Positions 42,016 through 54,733 of a stretch of 64,000 nucleotides of DNA are shown piece by piece; position 1 is the stretch's first letter, and each line of letters opens with the position of its first letter. Origin of the DNA: Octopus sinensis (Eukaryota); NCBI RefSeq assembly GCF_006345805.1, contig NC_043002.1, forward strand, positions 34,100,001 to 34,164,000. Reading direction: 5' to 3'. The translations under genes were made by a program, and so were the position numbers. A model generated the notes under the pieces. It saw only the letters and a program-made list of their open reading frames with translations, did not search any database and was not told where the DNA came from.

Positions 42016-42020
<5 letters not shown>
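39755..42020. mobile_element. Composite repeat region with direct and inverted terminal-like repeats (possible Penelope-like remnant)
   Basis: 39849-39940 repeats directly at 41782-41870; 39756-39835 recurs at 40881-40990; 40819-40970 is inverted at 41908-42020; half hammerhead CTGATGAagggg on minus near 39950. Confidence 0.5.
40432..40817 (+). mobile_element. Non-autonomous Helitron
   Basis: A|TC 5' end (tctttatatataaaag), 3' hairpin cccgagcaacgccggg, CTAG|T end, no TSD. Confidence 0.85.
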
Positions 42021-42047
<27 letters not shown>

Positions 42048-42064
42048 ATTATATATATTATATA

Positions 42065-43214
42065 TCTATATATAAACGGCAGTTTGTCTGTCTGTGTTCT
42101 GTGTGTCTGTAAGGTTGTACCCTCACCTGACCACAGCTTTCAACTGAATCTGATGAACTTGACATACACATAGCCCAATGTCATAATTCAAAACTAACGC
42201 AGCGAAATTTTGAAAAGTTCCCCCAGTTCTGAAAAAAAGCGATAAATTCGACATGAGGTCGAAATCTAAGCTTTTTATATGCAACAGTTTCTGTTGTTGT
42301 TTTCGCAACTTGCAATCGATTTTCACCAAACTCATGGTGAAGCTTAATGTTACATAAGAACTTAATTCTGACGTTAGTTTTCCATGCAATACCTTACCAT
42401 CAGAAAAAAATCGATAAAATCATGCCATTTTGGGAAGCGCGTTCAATTCAAGATGACATATTTTCGACAATATCTTTCACAAATTGGCAGGAATTTTTGT
42501 TAAAATTCCACAGCGAGCATCATGTCTGCTCCAAGGAGCTATATGGCCCTTTTTATTCCAATAGGATTCTTTATTACGGAAAAAATCGGTTAATTAAATC
42601 ATATGTGGCACACATAGCAAACCGATTTGTGTATTAAACACAAACCACAGACGGTCTAGGGGACGAAACTCGACCTTTTTAACCTCTCGGAACACGTGAG
42701 GTAAGTATCCCAAAATGTATAAAAATGTACAAAAAAACGGCAAAAAAGCGGGCAGCAATGTAAGTGACAACAAGAAAAAGTCAAAAGTGACCCAAATGAC
42801 ACACGAATGGAAAAGGTTTTTTGGTGCACACAACAAAAGCGGTTTATAATAAACCAAGAGTTTGCAAGTAGCGTCCGAGGACCCTTAAGATACATCAAAA
42901 ATTTAAGGTAAAACGTTTGGGGTGGCAGTTATAAAGAAAGTGTAAACAAAAAAAGTTTTAGAATAACTTGCGGCTGCAGCAGCTATTAGCAGAAGTGGCG
43001 GTGTTGGGGGTAAAATCTCGAATGTAATTTATTCCTGGTAGGTATTGGTTGGGTTGAATTATCGATAGCTGTTTGATAGTTATTTGGGAGTGAAGAGAAG
43101 ACATTGCAACCTACACATGCGCCTTCGTTCCCTAGAGGGAAAGGAGTAGATTGGGATTAGTCGTTGCCTACTAGGGGCTCTTACATACCCGGGCAACGCC
43201 GGGCTATGCTGCTA

Positions 43215-43215
<1 letters not shown>
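42065..43215 (+). mobile_element. Non-autonomous Helitron (about 1.15 kb)
   Basis: A|TCtatatataaa...gtctgtctgt start; cccgggcaacgccggg hairpin; CTAG|T end. Confidence 0.85.
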
Positions 43216-43249
<34 letters not shown>

Positions 43250-43255
<6 letters not shown>

Positions 43256-43405
43256 TCTCTCCTTGTTTTTTCTGTGTCCCTTTCTGTAGAAGAGCGTAGG
43301 CTCGAAACGTAAAAGACTTTTTATATTCCTGAGCGTTATACTAATACGTCTGTTTGATTTGTATACCACCTGTCTTCGTCTTTTGTTTTTTCGTAAACTC
43401 TCCCT
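43250..43405 (+). mobile_element. Element family A with hammerhead-like motif (43280-43315)
   Basis: cttt-CTGTAGA-a-gagc(gtag)gctc-GAAAC-GTA-aaag; between (TA)n tracts. Confidence 0.7.
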
Positions 43406-43421
43406 ATATATATATATATAT

Positions 43422-43628
43422 AGTTAATCCAAACATGAAAACACAAAGAGAAAACACAACAACGCGAGGACGTGGAACAAGAATAGTATTATTGGACGCT
43501 CAGGAAAGAAGGAAAGAAGAAGGGTTTAACGTTTCGAGCTGAGTTCTTCGTCAGAAACATAGGAAAGGGAAAGATCCAAAGGAAGACGGAGGGAAAAAAA
43601 TCGCCAACGGTACACACGCGATCACAAG
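43422..43628 (-). mobile_element. Element family B with hammerhead motif (43524-43558)
   Basis: gttt-CTGACGA-a-gaac(tca)gctc-GAAAC-GTT-aaac: intact core, 4-bp stem I. Confidence 0.7.
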
Positions 43629-43706
43629 ATCGTTAATTTAAATTAAATAACGATCTTATCAAATGGCCAGTATGGAAATAAAAACCTTCAAAGGTAATAA
43701 TTATTA

Positions 43707-43991
43707 TTAAAATTATAACTTAGGGTATCTACGAGATACCGCCATGCTGAAAATAGCAGCCAGGATCTGACTCTAAAACTATATTAAGTGTTCATATAGC
43801 ACAAGGAGAGAAGACAAAAAGACAAAATAAAACTAGTAAAAATTAGTAAAATTATTTTTTACTAGTTTTATTTTATCTTTTTGTCCTCTCTCCTTGTGCT
43901 ATATGAACACTAAATGTGGTTTTAGAGTCAGATCTTGGCTGCTATTTTCAGCATGGCGGTATCTCGTAGATACCCTGAGTTATAATTTTAA
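43707..43991. repeat. About 285-bp palindrome (inverted copy of a Penelope-like repeat end)
   Basis: agggtatctacgagataccgccatgctgaaaatagcagcc...actagtaaaaa mirrored; arm homologous to 17495-17615. Confidence 0.9.
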
Positions 43992-44005
43992 ATACATACA
44001 TACAT

Positions 44006-44071
<66 letters not shown>

Positions 44072-44506
44072 TATATATATATATATATATATATAGCTAA
44101 AGACACGACGTCCTATTCACGTGACCACATCATCATCAGGTAACAAAGTGAGAGACACTGTGACTTTTAGTGCAAAGTTTCTTTTCTATCTTCTTTCTTT
44201 TATTTGTAGTCCCTGATCCGTACACTTGACTTAATCGCAAAGTAAATAAAGATCATCTACGTTAGTGTCATGTATTTTCTCTTCGTTTTTTTTACAAATC
44301 CTTTCTTTCTTTACAAGATCATTCAGCTCAGCTAACCTATATCATCATGATTAAATCACTATCATATCATTGGATATCATATCACACCTTATGCCCCGCT
44401 TCACTTCCAAACGCACAATCATTTACTGCGTAATCCGTAATAAATAAACCGTACGGCTCATTTCTTTCTTTCTTTCTTTCTTTTTCTTTCTTTCTTTCTT
44501 TCTTTT

Positions 44507-44547
<41 letters not shown>

Positions 44548-45312
44548 ATTATCGAATGCTACCACTATCACCAAAACCACCACCACCATCACCACCATCG
44601 CCACCACCACTACCACCTCTGCCACCACCACCGCGCCCCCACCACGGCCATGCATTCACCACTACCACCACCACCCTCACCACCCTCACCACCAAACTAC
44701 CACCACTGTCACCACCACCACCATCACTGTCATCACCACCACCACACCACCACCTTCACTGCCATCACCGTCACCACCACAACCACCACAACCACCACCA
44801 ACACCATCACTGCCACCACCACCACCACCCTCACCACCAAACTACCACCACCCTCACCACCACTACCATTACTGCCACCAGCACCACTACAACCATTATC
44901 ACCAGCAGCAGCAGCAGCAACCCCCACCACAGTCACCACTACAAAATGTAGTAGCACTATTGTCTCACCATCTCTACCACCCACCACTCCCTGCCCTTTC
45001 TTACTCTTTTTCTAATATCAACTTCTGTCTTCTTCGGTGACATTTAATGTGCGAGTCTGTGTTTGTCTGTGTGTCTGTGTTTATGTCTGCGCGCTAAGCT
45101 TGTTTGTGCGCGCTTACGTGTGAGTGTGTGTGTGTGTGTGTGTCTGGTGCATAATTTATTCCCTTTCATACGTTGACACCTAAAGCGAATTATGTTCATG
45201 AAAAGATATAAATACAATATAGCTATGATATTCAAGTATGTACTTGTGCACACGCGGGCGCGCACACTCACACACTAAGACTGGATTATGTATATATAAA
45301 AACGATAAACGT

Positions 45313-45605
45313 CGCCCTTTTTAAGCCTAGCCAGGCTCATGGGCCCGGTTTCCCGGTTTCTGTGGCGTATGTGTTCTCTCCAGCTGGGCGGGAAGCAAGT
45401 CCATCGCAGCGTTACTCAAGAAACAGGAAGAGAGAGTGAGAGAAAGTTGTGGCGAAAGAGTACAACAGGGGTCGCCCCCCCCCCTACCGGACCTTCGTGG
45501 AGCTTTTAGGTGTTTTCGCTCAATAAACACACACAACCGCCGGTCTGGAATCGAAACCGCGATCCTCCGACCGCGAGTCCGCTGCCCTAACCATTTGCGC
45601 CTCCA
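45313..45605 (-). mobile_element. SINE family 3 (MetaSINE-like), near full length
   Basis: tRNA head tggttagggcagcggactcg...ggtttcgattcc; ctgcgatggact...cagaaaccgggaaaccgggcccatgagcc. Confidence 0.8.
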
Positions 45606-45700
45606 TGTATACATGTATCTATATATATTTATGTATAAATATTATATATTATATATATATTATATATATATAATATATATATATTAATATATATATATAG

Positions 45701-45731
<31 letters not shown>

Positions 45732-45739
45732 TATATATA

Positions 45740-45810
<71 letters not shown>

Positions 45811-45975
45811 AATGTAGGATAAAATTTTTTTCGAAAAAATAAATTTTTATCAATGGAGAGCATATTAAAAAATACTTTAAAGGTTAATTTATAAACAGCT
45901 TATAAATAAGGGCATCACAATTTTTTCGTTTGCCCTTATTATATGTTGTGTGTATACATAATATATATATATATT

Positions 45976-46084
<109 letters not shown>

Positions 46085-46755
46085 GAATGATTTTTATATA
46101 TAATGAACGTGAAATACAGGAAGGGACGAACACGGAACACAGACAAATCATTCGAAGCCTTCAATCTTCAGTCAGACACCGAATCATCATAGCAAAATTA
46201 TATATATTTTATATAAATATATACATCTATATATACATATATATACATGTGTATATATTGATATATACGTGGATGTGTATGTATGTATACATGTATATAT
46301 AGGAGACCCCGTTCGGTCATGAATGACCATGGGGCTGCATTGCACCTAGAAAGTTAACCTCCGAAGGACAAATCCGGGCAAGATTGTTTATGGAAGGCCA
46401 GCAGTCGCCCATGTATACCAGCCTATATTTTCGGGCGGTAAAAGAGACTTTACAAATACAGTTAGCAAGGGGAACCGTAAAAATATGCAAAACTTTCCTA
46501 ATGTTCATTTTGTAACGTGTAGCGCTGTTTCTATCCAATTTCTAAAGAGAGGGCTTTTATTTATTTATTTATTTATTTATTTATTTTTGTTGTTGTTGTT
46601 AGAAACCCGCAATCTTTTTCTAGAAAGATTTCTAATACGTAACAGAAAGTAAAGACATACCGAACTTTCGTGTCATTCTGAAAATCCAGGAGATACAATG
46701 GTAGAGAGAACACCAAAGAAATGAAGTGGTAGAGCAGATGTTTATTTCATTCGTT

Positions 46756-46806
46756 TACAGCTGTTTCATAATCTTGTTAGTTATATGACAGATATTACAT
46801 CAAGAT
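46756..46806 (-). ncRNA. Degenerate hammerhead-like motif
   Basis: Minus strand atcTTGATGT-aatatct...agattat-GAAAC-agct-GTA with palindromic stem III acagctgt; followed by aataaa. Confidence 0.4.
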
Positions 46807-46897
46807 TAACACGCATGATGTTTTCACCTATCATCAATCGTTCTGAGAATATGGGTACATGCACTAATATGAATGTGTATATATATATATATATATA

Positions 46898-46925
46898 CTA
46901 GCAGAGATACTCGGCGTTGCCGGAT
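46898..46925 (-). mobile_element. Helitron 3' terminus (another at about 33204-33235); 5' end not located
   Basis: a|ctag followed by a cggcgttgccgg hairpin, the reverse complement of the Helitron ends above. Confidence 0.55.
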
Positions 46926-47818
46926 TCAGTCAATTGAAGAATTAGACTTTTCTGTTATATTTTCTGTAATGAACTGGAATGTCTATATTTCGAATTTCAT
47001 CAAAATTGCAGATGAGGGTTATTTCTCTTTTTACACACGCTAAAAAATTTGTAATCGTGCCACATGTATCCCATACTACTGATTTTTATGCGCATATTCC
47101 TCTGGCGCCTTTTCCATTTTCCTCAACGGGAAAGTTTTACAACACAAAAAGTTTAACAACACAAAAATTAACGGTTTAACAAACGATATTAACAACAGCA
47201 GTAATCAACAATAAATTCTACTCACAAATACAACTCAACTTATTAAATAAAATTACAGACATTTTAGTATGTTGTAAGCATAAATATTTAGCGTCTTATG
47301 ATTTTCTTAAACTTTAAAATTTAATTTTTCAGAATATAAAATTTTATAGCTTTTTGAAAATACGATCCAATTAGATTATTAGATCCAATGAACACTTATG
47401 CACAAACCTGTAATCTTAAATTATTTTTTTTATAGTATTATATATCAGTACAGTGGAATATTCTCATTGGCTATTATTTGCAAGACTAACTAAAGTTAAC
47501 CTTTCAATGATCTTCATTTCTTATTTAAACGTGGTAATCCTCCTGAAAAACTTCAGAAAATCTTCGATACTCCAGAAAATCTTCGATATTCAAAAACTGA
47601 ACTTTCATTAACTGAATACTTATCATGTAGTGCCTTACTGCTTTTTGCTGGATTTTACCTCGAGAAAGGAACCCTGAGGAAGGAGGGCTGAATTTCGAAT
47701 ACTTCGTACAACCACTTTTCTGAAACGGCTGCAGGTTAGGAAAAAAATTTTAATCGCCTCTTTCAATTTAGGTTTTTATTTTTCATGTTTATATTCGTAT
47801 TTCATTGTTATGTTTATA

Positions 47819-48327
47819 TTAGTTGTCCGGAAAGTTCGTTCCGATTTTTCAAGGAAAGTAAAAGGTCACTAAATACTTGCCATTACATTTTTAATGAACC
47901 AAATCTGAACCATTTCGTTGCACAATCTTTCCTTTACCTTGAAAATACTCTCTTCCCAGAAGTGGGGTGGTTTCAAGGCAAAGAATTCATCAAGGTATAT
48001 TATTACGTCATCTAAGGAATTGAAATTTTCACATTCTGCAGAGACCTGAATAAGTGGAAATCCGAAGGAGCAATATCTGGGAAATAGGGAGGGTGGGAGT
48101 AACATCCCAGCCGAGCTGCAGTAATTTTTGCCTGGTTCCCAAAGCATCAAGTGCCGAAAATGAACTTTCTCATCTTTTATTTTAAAGGGTTACAGAATTA
48201 ACACAGATTATAAACTGTGCTCTAAATGGAGGTGTAGTCAAATCCTATTTTATGGACTCAAATATGTTCTAAAATAAGTCGAATGTTAAGCTACTATAAA
48301 TCGGCACGAATTTTCCGGACAACCCAA
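47819..48327 (-). mobile_element. Internally deleted mariner
   Basis: TIRs ttagttgtccggaaagttcgttccgattt / aaatcggcacgaattttccggacaacccaa with TA flanks; residual PDIAPSDFHLFRSLQN. Confidence 0.85.
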
Positions 48328-48572
48328 TATTTCTATATTTTTATCATGAAACTCAATATAAATATGTGGATATTCGAATGGAATAATACCTCATGTGCTA
48401 CATCTGAATTTTCTTGTCTGAATGTTTTAAGACAAATATCCGAAATTTTGATCGTATACCACATTTTATTAATACTTAGCTCATATACGGAGAAAAAAAT
48501 GTTGTACTATATACAGCAGGTTATCTCCATTAAAATTCTCATATTATATACATTATATTTATATAATAAACA

Positions 48573-49130
48573 CACTGGCGAAAATAAATTTAAGACCGAT
48601 GATAAAAGTTCTATTTCTTACAAAATATTCTGTTACTAGTCCTTTGCCGATCTTTATATTGGCTACTCTCCGAGTATAACTTCCACGCTTGCACGCAAGC
48701 CGGTTTACTGCACTTTAGTTGCTTGCTGATGTTCGAAAAGGAAACTTTTTGCTGTAATACACGATTTTTGCTCTCGTGACTGGACTAAGGCTACGTTGTT
48801 TTCCCATTATTAATAAATTGTATAATAACATTAAATTATAACTTTATATGGTGCATTCAGGCTCGTTGTGTGACCACCCATTTTGGCCAAAAAAATTGCA
48901 TACATATTACATGGTCTTAAACTAATTTTGCCGTTAAATTTGAAACGTTTATATTTAGCATTAGAATTCTTCAAGTTGTATAAAAATAGTTTATTGTCTG
49001 CATCATTCGAAAGAGAAATAAATTTTGCATAAGGTGTAAAAGATAAAAATAATTTGTATGGTGTTAGTAACAAAATATTTTGTAAGAAATATAACTTTTA
49101 TCGTCGGTCTTAAATATATTTTCGCCAGTG
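48573..49130. mobile_element. Tc1/mariner-type MITE with about 66-bp TIRs
   Basis: cactggcgaaaataaatttaagaccga...gttacta mirrored at 49065-49130; CA/TA flanks. Confidence 0.85.
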
Positions 49131-50247
49131 TATATATCTCAGGTCATCCCATAAGTTCTGTCCGAATTTTGGATAAAGAATACAAGTGATCAAATGTTAT
49201 ATTAATTGAAATTTAATCATCAATGTACTTTCCCTGATTATCTATGACTTACTTCCATCATTTACTATTTACAAGCTTTTATAATCCCATCAATGTAAAA
49301 CTCTGTTGGTTTCAAAGCGAAGAACTCTGAAATGTCAGGTTCGACCTCCTCCTGGCTTGCGAAAGTTGTGTCCCCCTAATAATTCTGTAAACTATGAAAC
49401 AAATGGTATCCTGAAGGAGTAAGGTCGGGAGAATAAGTTGGATGAAGAAATTTTTCCAAACCGACCTCTTCGATCTTCTATGATGTGATCTTGGCAGTGT
49501 GGGGTTGCGCATTGTCCTGATGAAATATCACTCGTTTTCGACTCACTAAAGCGGCTCTTTTTTCCTTCAAAGCTTGGTTCAAACGCTCTAATTGCTGACA
49601 GTAGACTTGAGCACTGATTGTTGCATTAGGTGGTAACAATATAAAGTGAATTGCGCCTTTGCAATCGCACCAGATAGAGAGAAGAACCTTTTTCCCATGA
49701 AGTTCCTTTCTCGGTTATGGTTGAGCATTTTCCCTTTTACCAAGCCACTGTTTACGACGTTTAACATTTCAATAGAAAATCCATTTTTCGTCACAAGTCT
49801 ATCGAAAAAGAGTGAAATGAGTTTGCGAGAATGGAGAGAAGAGCAGATGTCAATTCGGGATTTGCGGTTGCTTTCGGACAATACATGAGGCACCTATTTT
49901 CCAAGTTTAGGAATCTTTCCACGTTGTTGAAGATGACGTTGAACTGTTGTATGGTTTGAAGTAAGCTTTATTGCCAATTCTTCAACTGATAATGACGGAT
50001 TTTCTTCAAGTAATGCCTCAAGGAGCTTATCATCAAACTCAACTGGACGTCCTGTTCGATATTCATCTTCAATTTTGCAAACGATCTCCTGCAAGTTCTT
50101 TCATTCAAGAACTTTCCCATAAACTGAGTGTATGTTTTGAGTCACTTCGGCTGCAGAGTTACCTTTATTGTACTCATAAAGAATTATATGTGCCTCAAAT
50201 GCTCCTTGGATACTTCCATGTTGAAAAGGTTTTAATCAAAGCAATTT

Positions 50248-51544
50248 TAGGGTGTCCACGAAGTCTGGGTACATGGAATAAAATCATAACATATACAAAT
50301 AAATATAAGAAATAATAATTTTCCTTTTTTACTTTTGTTTAAATTAAATTAAAAAATACTTTACTTTTCTAAATTTATTTGTTATCTTTTCTACAGATGA
50401 TCGAATGATGGCTCTGTCTAAAGAAGAAAGAATCGAGTTAGTATAATTAAGTGGACGAGAGGGATGGTCTTATCGCAAAATTGCGGAAGAATTTAATCTT
50501 CGACACCCTTATAGGCAACCTATTCATTTTACTACAGTCGGGAAATTGATCAAGAAATTTAAAGAAACAGGCAGTGTTTTGGATAAACCCCGTTCCGGGC
50601 GACCAAAGACTTCAGATGAAACGAAAGAGGCTGTCATGGCTAAAGTTTCTGCTAGCCCAAAGAAATCACTTCGTCGGACATCTACGGTGTTATGTGTTCC
50701 AAAACCAACCATCCATAAAATGCTGGATGAGAAAAAGTTTCATCGATACAACCTACAGATATTTCATCACTTAAATGAAGACGACCCTGATAGACGAATG
50801 TAGACGTGCGAATGGTTTTTAAATAAATTGAATGAAATATCAATTTTACGAAAAACTTTGTGTTCTTCAGTGACAAAGCTACGTTTTATGTAAATGGTGA
50901 GGTCAACAGACAGAATCTTCTATACTGGTCTCGAGGTAATCCCCATTGGATGGATCCATCCAAACAGCAAGGCAGCAAAAAGGTGATGGTGTGGTGTGGT
51001 TTGTGGAAAGCTCATTTTCTAGGACCCTTCTTCATTGAACATGTAACGGATGAGACTTATGTAAACATATTGAGAGACAAATTAATATCTCAAATTGAGC
51101 GCCTAGGCGAGGGCCTTCCGAATTGGTTTCAGCAGGATGGGGCCCTTATCCATTTTGCCACAACTGTTAGAGATTGGATTAATGACACTTTTCCTCACTG
51201 GATTGGAAGAAGGGGTCATATGGAATGGTTCCCTCGTTCACCAGACCTATCTCCCCTTGATTTCTTTTTCTGGGGTATGTTGAAAGAGAAAGTTTACTCA
51301 ATAAAGATTACATATTTAAAACACACGAGAGAACGCATTACCAGTCAGTGTGCTGAAATTGATGGCAATGTAGACTTATTTAATCAAGTTCAACTGAATT
51401 TTGCCAGGCGCATCAAGTTATGCATTGAAAATGATGGAAATCACTTTGAAAATATTATTCATTAACATTATAATTAAATAAAATTGTTTTGTTTTAAAAG
51501 TATGTGTTAATCCCCATGTACACAAACTTTGTGGACACCCTCTA
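50248..51544 (+). mobile_element. Tc1/mariner-superfamily element, rosa/DD41D-like, nested in the mariner
   Basis: TIRs agggtgtccacgaagtctgggtacatgg / ccatgtacacaaactttgtggacaccct. Confidence 0.9.
50405..51465 (+). pseudogene. rosa-like transposase pseudogene (40 residues between the 2nd and 3rd catalytic D)
   Basis: KFKETGSVLDKPRSGRPKT, FFSDKATFYVNGEVNRQN, FQQDGA, WFPRSPDLSPLDFFFWG; premature stops and a frameshift. Confidence 0.9.
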
Positions 51545-52415
51545 TTATTTTGTAAAATAATATTGAATTAGTTTAAACGTACACAAATGCATAAAAATAA
51601 TTTTTAATTGAATTAGACATTTGAAAATATTATTAAATTTCATTCAAATCTAAAAAAAAAAGGTAAAATTAGATAGAACTGATTGAATGATTTGATATAT
51701 ACAATCTATGATATTCTAGTAGGTTTCAAGTTTCTAACGCCTTGATATCTCATGTTATCTCATTTTATACGCCTAAGACGTTTATATTCTATTCTGGGCT
51801 TTATATATTTCTGTACGTTATATTTGTATCTATAATTTATTTTAAGCCGAAACATAATACGATCCTTGTACGAGTGAAAGAACAAGAATTTCCTCTGGAA
51901 CTTTTATCTTCCACCGTTGACATGTGCGATGATTTTGCGATTATCTTCTATTTTACAGAGAAATGCCCCGAATATAAGCCATCACTTTATGCATAATTAA
52001 AAATTTATAGTTCCCTATTTCTAAATGAAATTCTGTCCTCAATAATTATAGATCTCTATTTCTAAATGTAATTCTTTTTCTTCTCGTTCAGCTTATAACT
52101 ATAAGACGCATTCTTGTCTGTCTCTTAACAAAGCATATTTTCTACAGCGTTCACCACTTCACCTCGTTAGGGTTAAGCAGCCCTTACAGAATGTTTTCAC
52201 TGTCCTGTTTTTGTTATCAGCTTTGATGTTCCACGTATCTCAAATTTTATTTAATTTGCTTTGGGGGAGCAATTGCTTTGACGAAGTCACATCTCGTTGC
52301 AATGCTCGCAATGCGGAGTAGGTAAAACTGCCAACAACTGAGGAAGGGCTGGTTTTTTTACGCTGCCTTCGTGCTATAGTTCTCTATATATAATTGAAAT
52401 TCTTTCGCCAAGCCA

Positions 52416-52513
52416 AGCCCAATGGCGCCAACTGTGGTGTCGTAGCCTTGGACAGTCAGCCCAATGGTGCCGACTGTGGTGTCGTAGCCTTGGACAGTCA
52501 GCCCAATGGCGCC
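52416..52513 (+). repeat. 42-bp tandem repeat, about 2.3 copies, at the broken end of the RTE fragment
   Basis: agcccaatgg unit starts at 52416, 52458 and 52500. Confidence 0.9.
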
Positions 52514-52514
52514 C

Positions 52515-53975
52515 AGAGCGAGCTCTGATGATCCTCAGCAGCATTGGTGGACATCCGATTTTTTGGAGCAGGATGAAGAGGCACTTTTCTACTTACTAAG
52601 TCAAAGGTCTTTGTCCAATCAAAGAAAGCCGTATATAATGGCATTTTCAGCTCTCTGGACTTCTCCTGAAGTTGGCGTATGGAGAATATTATGTCAATAG
52701 TTGATCTGCTTTTTCTAAAGTCACACTGCGATTCTGGATAAATTCGAGAAGCAAGCAGTTGTAGCCTGGACAGGATAATGTGAGCAAAGGCCTTTCCAAC
52801 AGTGCTTAGAAGAGATATTCCACGGTAATTGTTACAATCACCATGGTCAGCTTTGTTTTTGTAAAGCGTAATGATGTTAGCATCCCGCATATCCTGAGGG
52901 ACTGTATCCTCTTCCCAGCACTGACACAGAAGCTCATGAATGTGCCGAAGCAGGATGGTGTTTTTGCCGGTTTTGATCATCTATCATCTTTTGCCGCCTT
53001 TTCCCGGAGCCTTGTTACTTGCTGGAGAGCCAATAGCCTTGGTGAGCTCTGCTATAGATGGCAAACTGTCAAGTTCATACATGACTGTCAAGATCTTGAC
53101 ACCCTCGATTGCAGCCTCAGCTACCGTGAACCCCGTGAGTACAGATCCTGGTAGTACTCCACCCATGTATCCATTCGCTTGCTGTGGTCCTTGATGAGAT
53201 ATCCAGTAGTTGATTTCAGAGGGGCTGACTTGGTTGCGGATGGACCGAGGGCCTTCTTCAAACCGGCATACATTCCATGGGTGTCGCCACTGTCAGCAGC
53301 TGACTTGATACTCTGACAGATTTCCTGCCAATACCTATTTGCACAGCGTCTGGTAGTCAGTTAGGTTTTATTTCTTGCCTTTCTGAGTTCTTCGAGTATC
53401 TTTGTAGAAGAATCACTTTTGTATTGCATCAGAGCTGCACGCTTTGCTTTGATAACTGTTTCCAGCTCTGAGATCCCAGCACTGAACAAAATCTGAGTTT
53501 TGCCATTCTCTCATGCCGAAAGTATCTATTGATGTGATATACAAAGCTTCCCTGATATAATTCCACCTACTTTCAGCAGAGGAGGTCCGGCAGCTACTGA
53601 GGGCAACCTAGATAGAAACAGCAAAACATTGTCGCAGTGTAGGGTCCGAGGATCTGCCAGTGTTAATGCGTGGTCGGCCCATTTTCATGGAGTGATGGAC
53701 TTTTTTAGGCAGAATCCCCACTCTGCTTCTTATTAGTGAATAATCTGTGTCACAATCCACGCTGTGGTAACTACGGGTCAGTTAAGCAGAATTCAGAAAG
53801 GATCTTCGTGTAATGATGAGATCCAGCTCATGCCAGTGGTGAGATCTTGGATGTCTCCAAGATGCCTTGTGGGATGTCTTGTTGGCAAAGAATGTGTTGG
53901 TGATGCACGGGTAATGGTATGTGCAAAATTCAAGTAGTATCTGACCATTGTCATTCATGTTGCCAATACCAAAAC
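52515..53975 (-). mobile_element. RTE (BovB-like) LINE fragment, APE endonuclease to N-terminal RT
   Basis: NDNGQILLEFC..TNTFF..SWRHPRSHHWHELDLII; NKAPGK; PQDMRDANIITLYKNK..DCNNYRGISLLS; PESQC.FR. Confidence 0.9.
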
Positions 53976-54029
53976 ACATACACTTACATATGTATACGAT
54001 TGATTTGTTTCAGTTCCTGTCCACGAAAT

Positions 54030-54075
<46 letters not shown>

Positions 54076-54253
54076 GATAAATTGATAGATACAATTGAGT
54101 GAGCAAACAAAAATATGAGACACTGCATTTTATATTTTGATAAGCCTGGTACTTATTCTATCAGTTTCTTCTTGTGAAACCAGTAAGTTATGGGGATGTA
54201 AATAAACGAACACCAGTTGTGAAGCAGTGATGAGGAAGAAACACAAAGACACA

Positions 54254-54486
54254 CTCTTTTATTTGTTTCAGTCATTTGACTGTGGCCATGCTGGAGCATC
54301 GCCTTTAGTCGAGCAAATTAACCGCAAGACTTATTCTTTATAAGCCTAGTACATATTCTATCAGTATCTTTTGCCGAACCGCTAAGTGACGGGGATGTAA
54401 ACACACCAGCATCGGTTCAAGTCAAGCGGGTTGGGAGGACAAACACAGGTATACAAACATATATACACACATACATACAAACACAC

Positions 54487-54564
<78 letters not shown>

Positions 54565-54606
54565 GTATACATATATATATATATTAAATAATATATATAT
54601 ATATAA

Positions 54607-54651
<45 letters not shown>

Positions 54652-54733
54652 ACGGCTTCTTTTAGTTTCCGTCTACCAAATCCACTCACACGACTTTGGT
54701 CGGCCCGAGGCTATAGTAGAAGACACTTTGCCC
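54254..54733 (-). mobile_element. SINE family 2, truncated at the CR1 inversion junction
   Basis: Homology ends at agacactttgccca. Confidence 0.85.

Larger units (their letters stand above)
49139..51697 (-). mobile_element. Decayed mariner, transposase remnant at about 49200-50219, interrupted in its 5' UTR by a second element
   Basis: MEVSKEHLRHIILYEYNKGNSAAE, GK*VPHVLS (WVPHEL-like), HQDNAQPH, YSPDL; degenerate TIRs at 49139 and about 51670-51697. Confidence 0.85.

Noticed and set aside
52416-52513. CRISPR-like repeat
   Set aside because: Head-to-tail tandem copies with no unique spacers, in a eukaryotic context.
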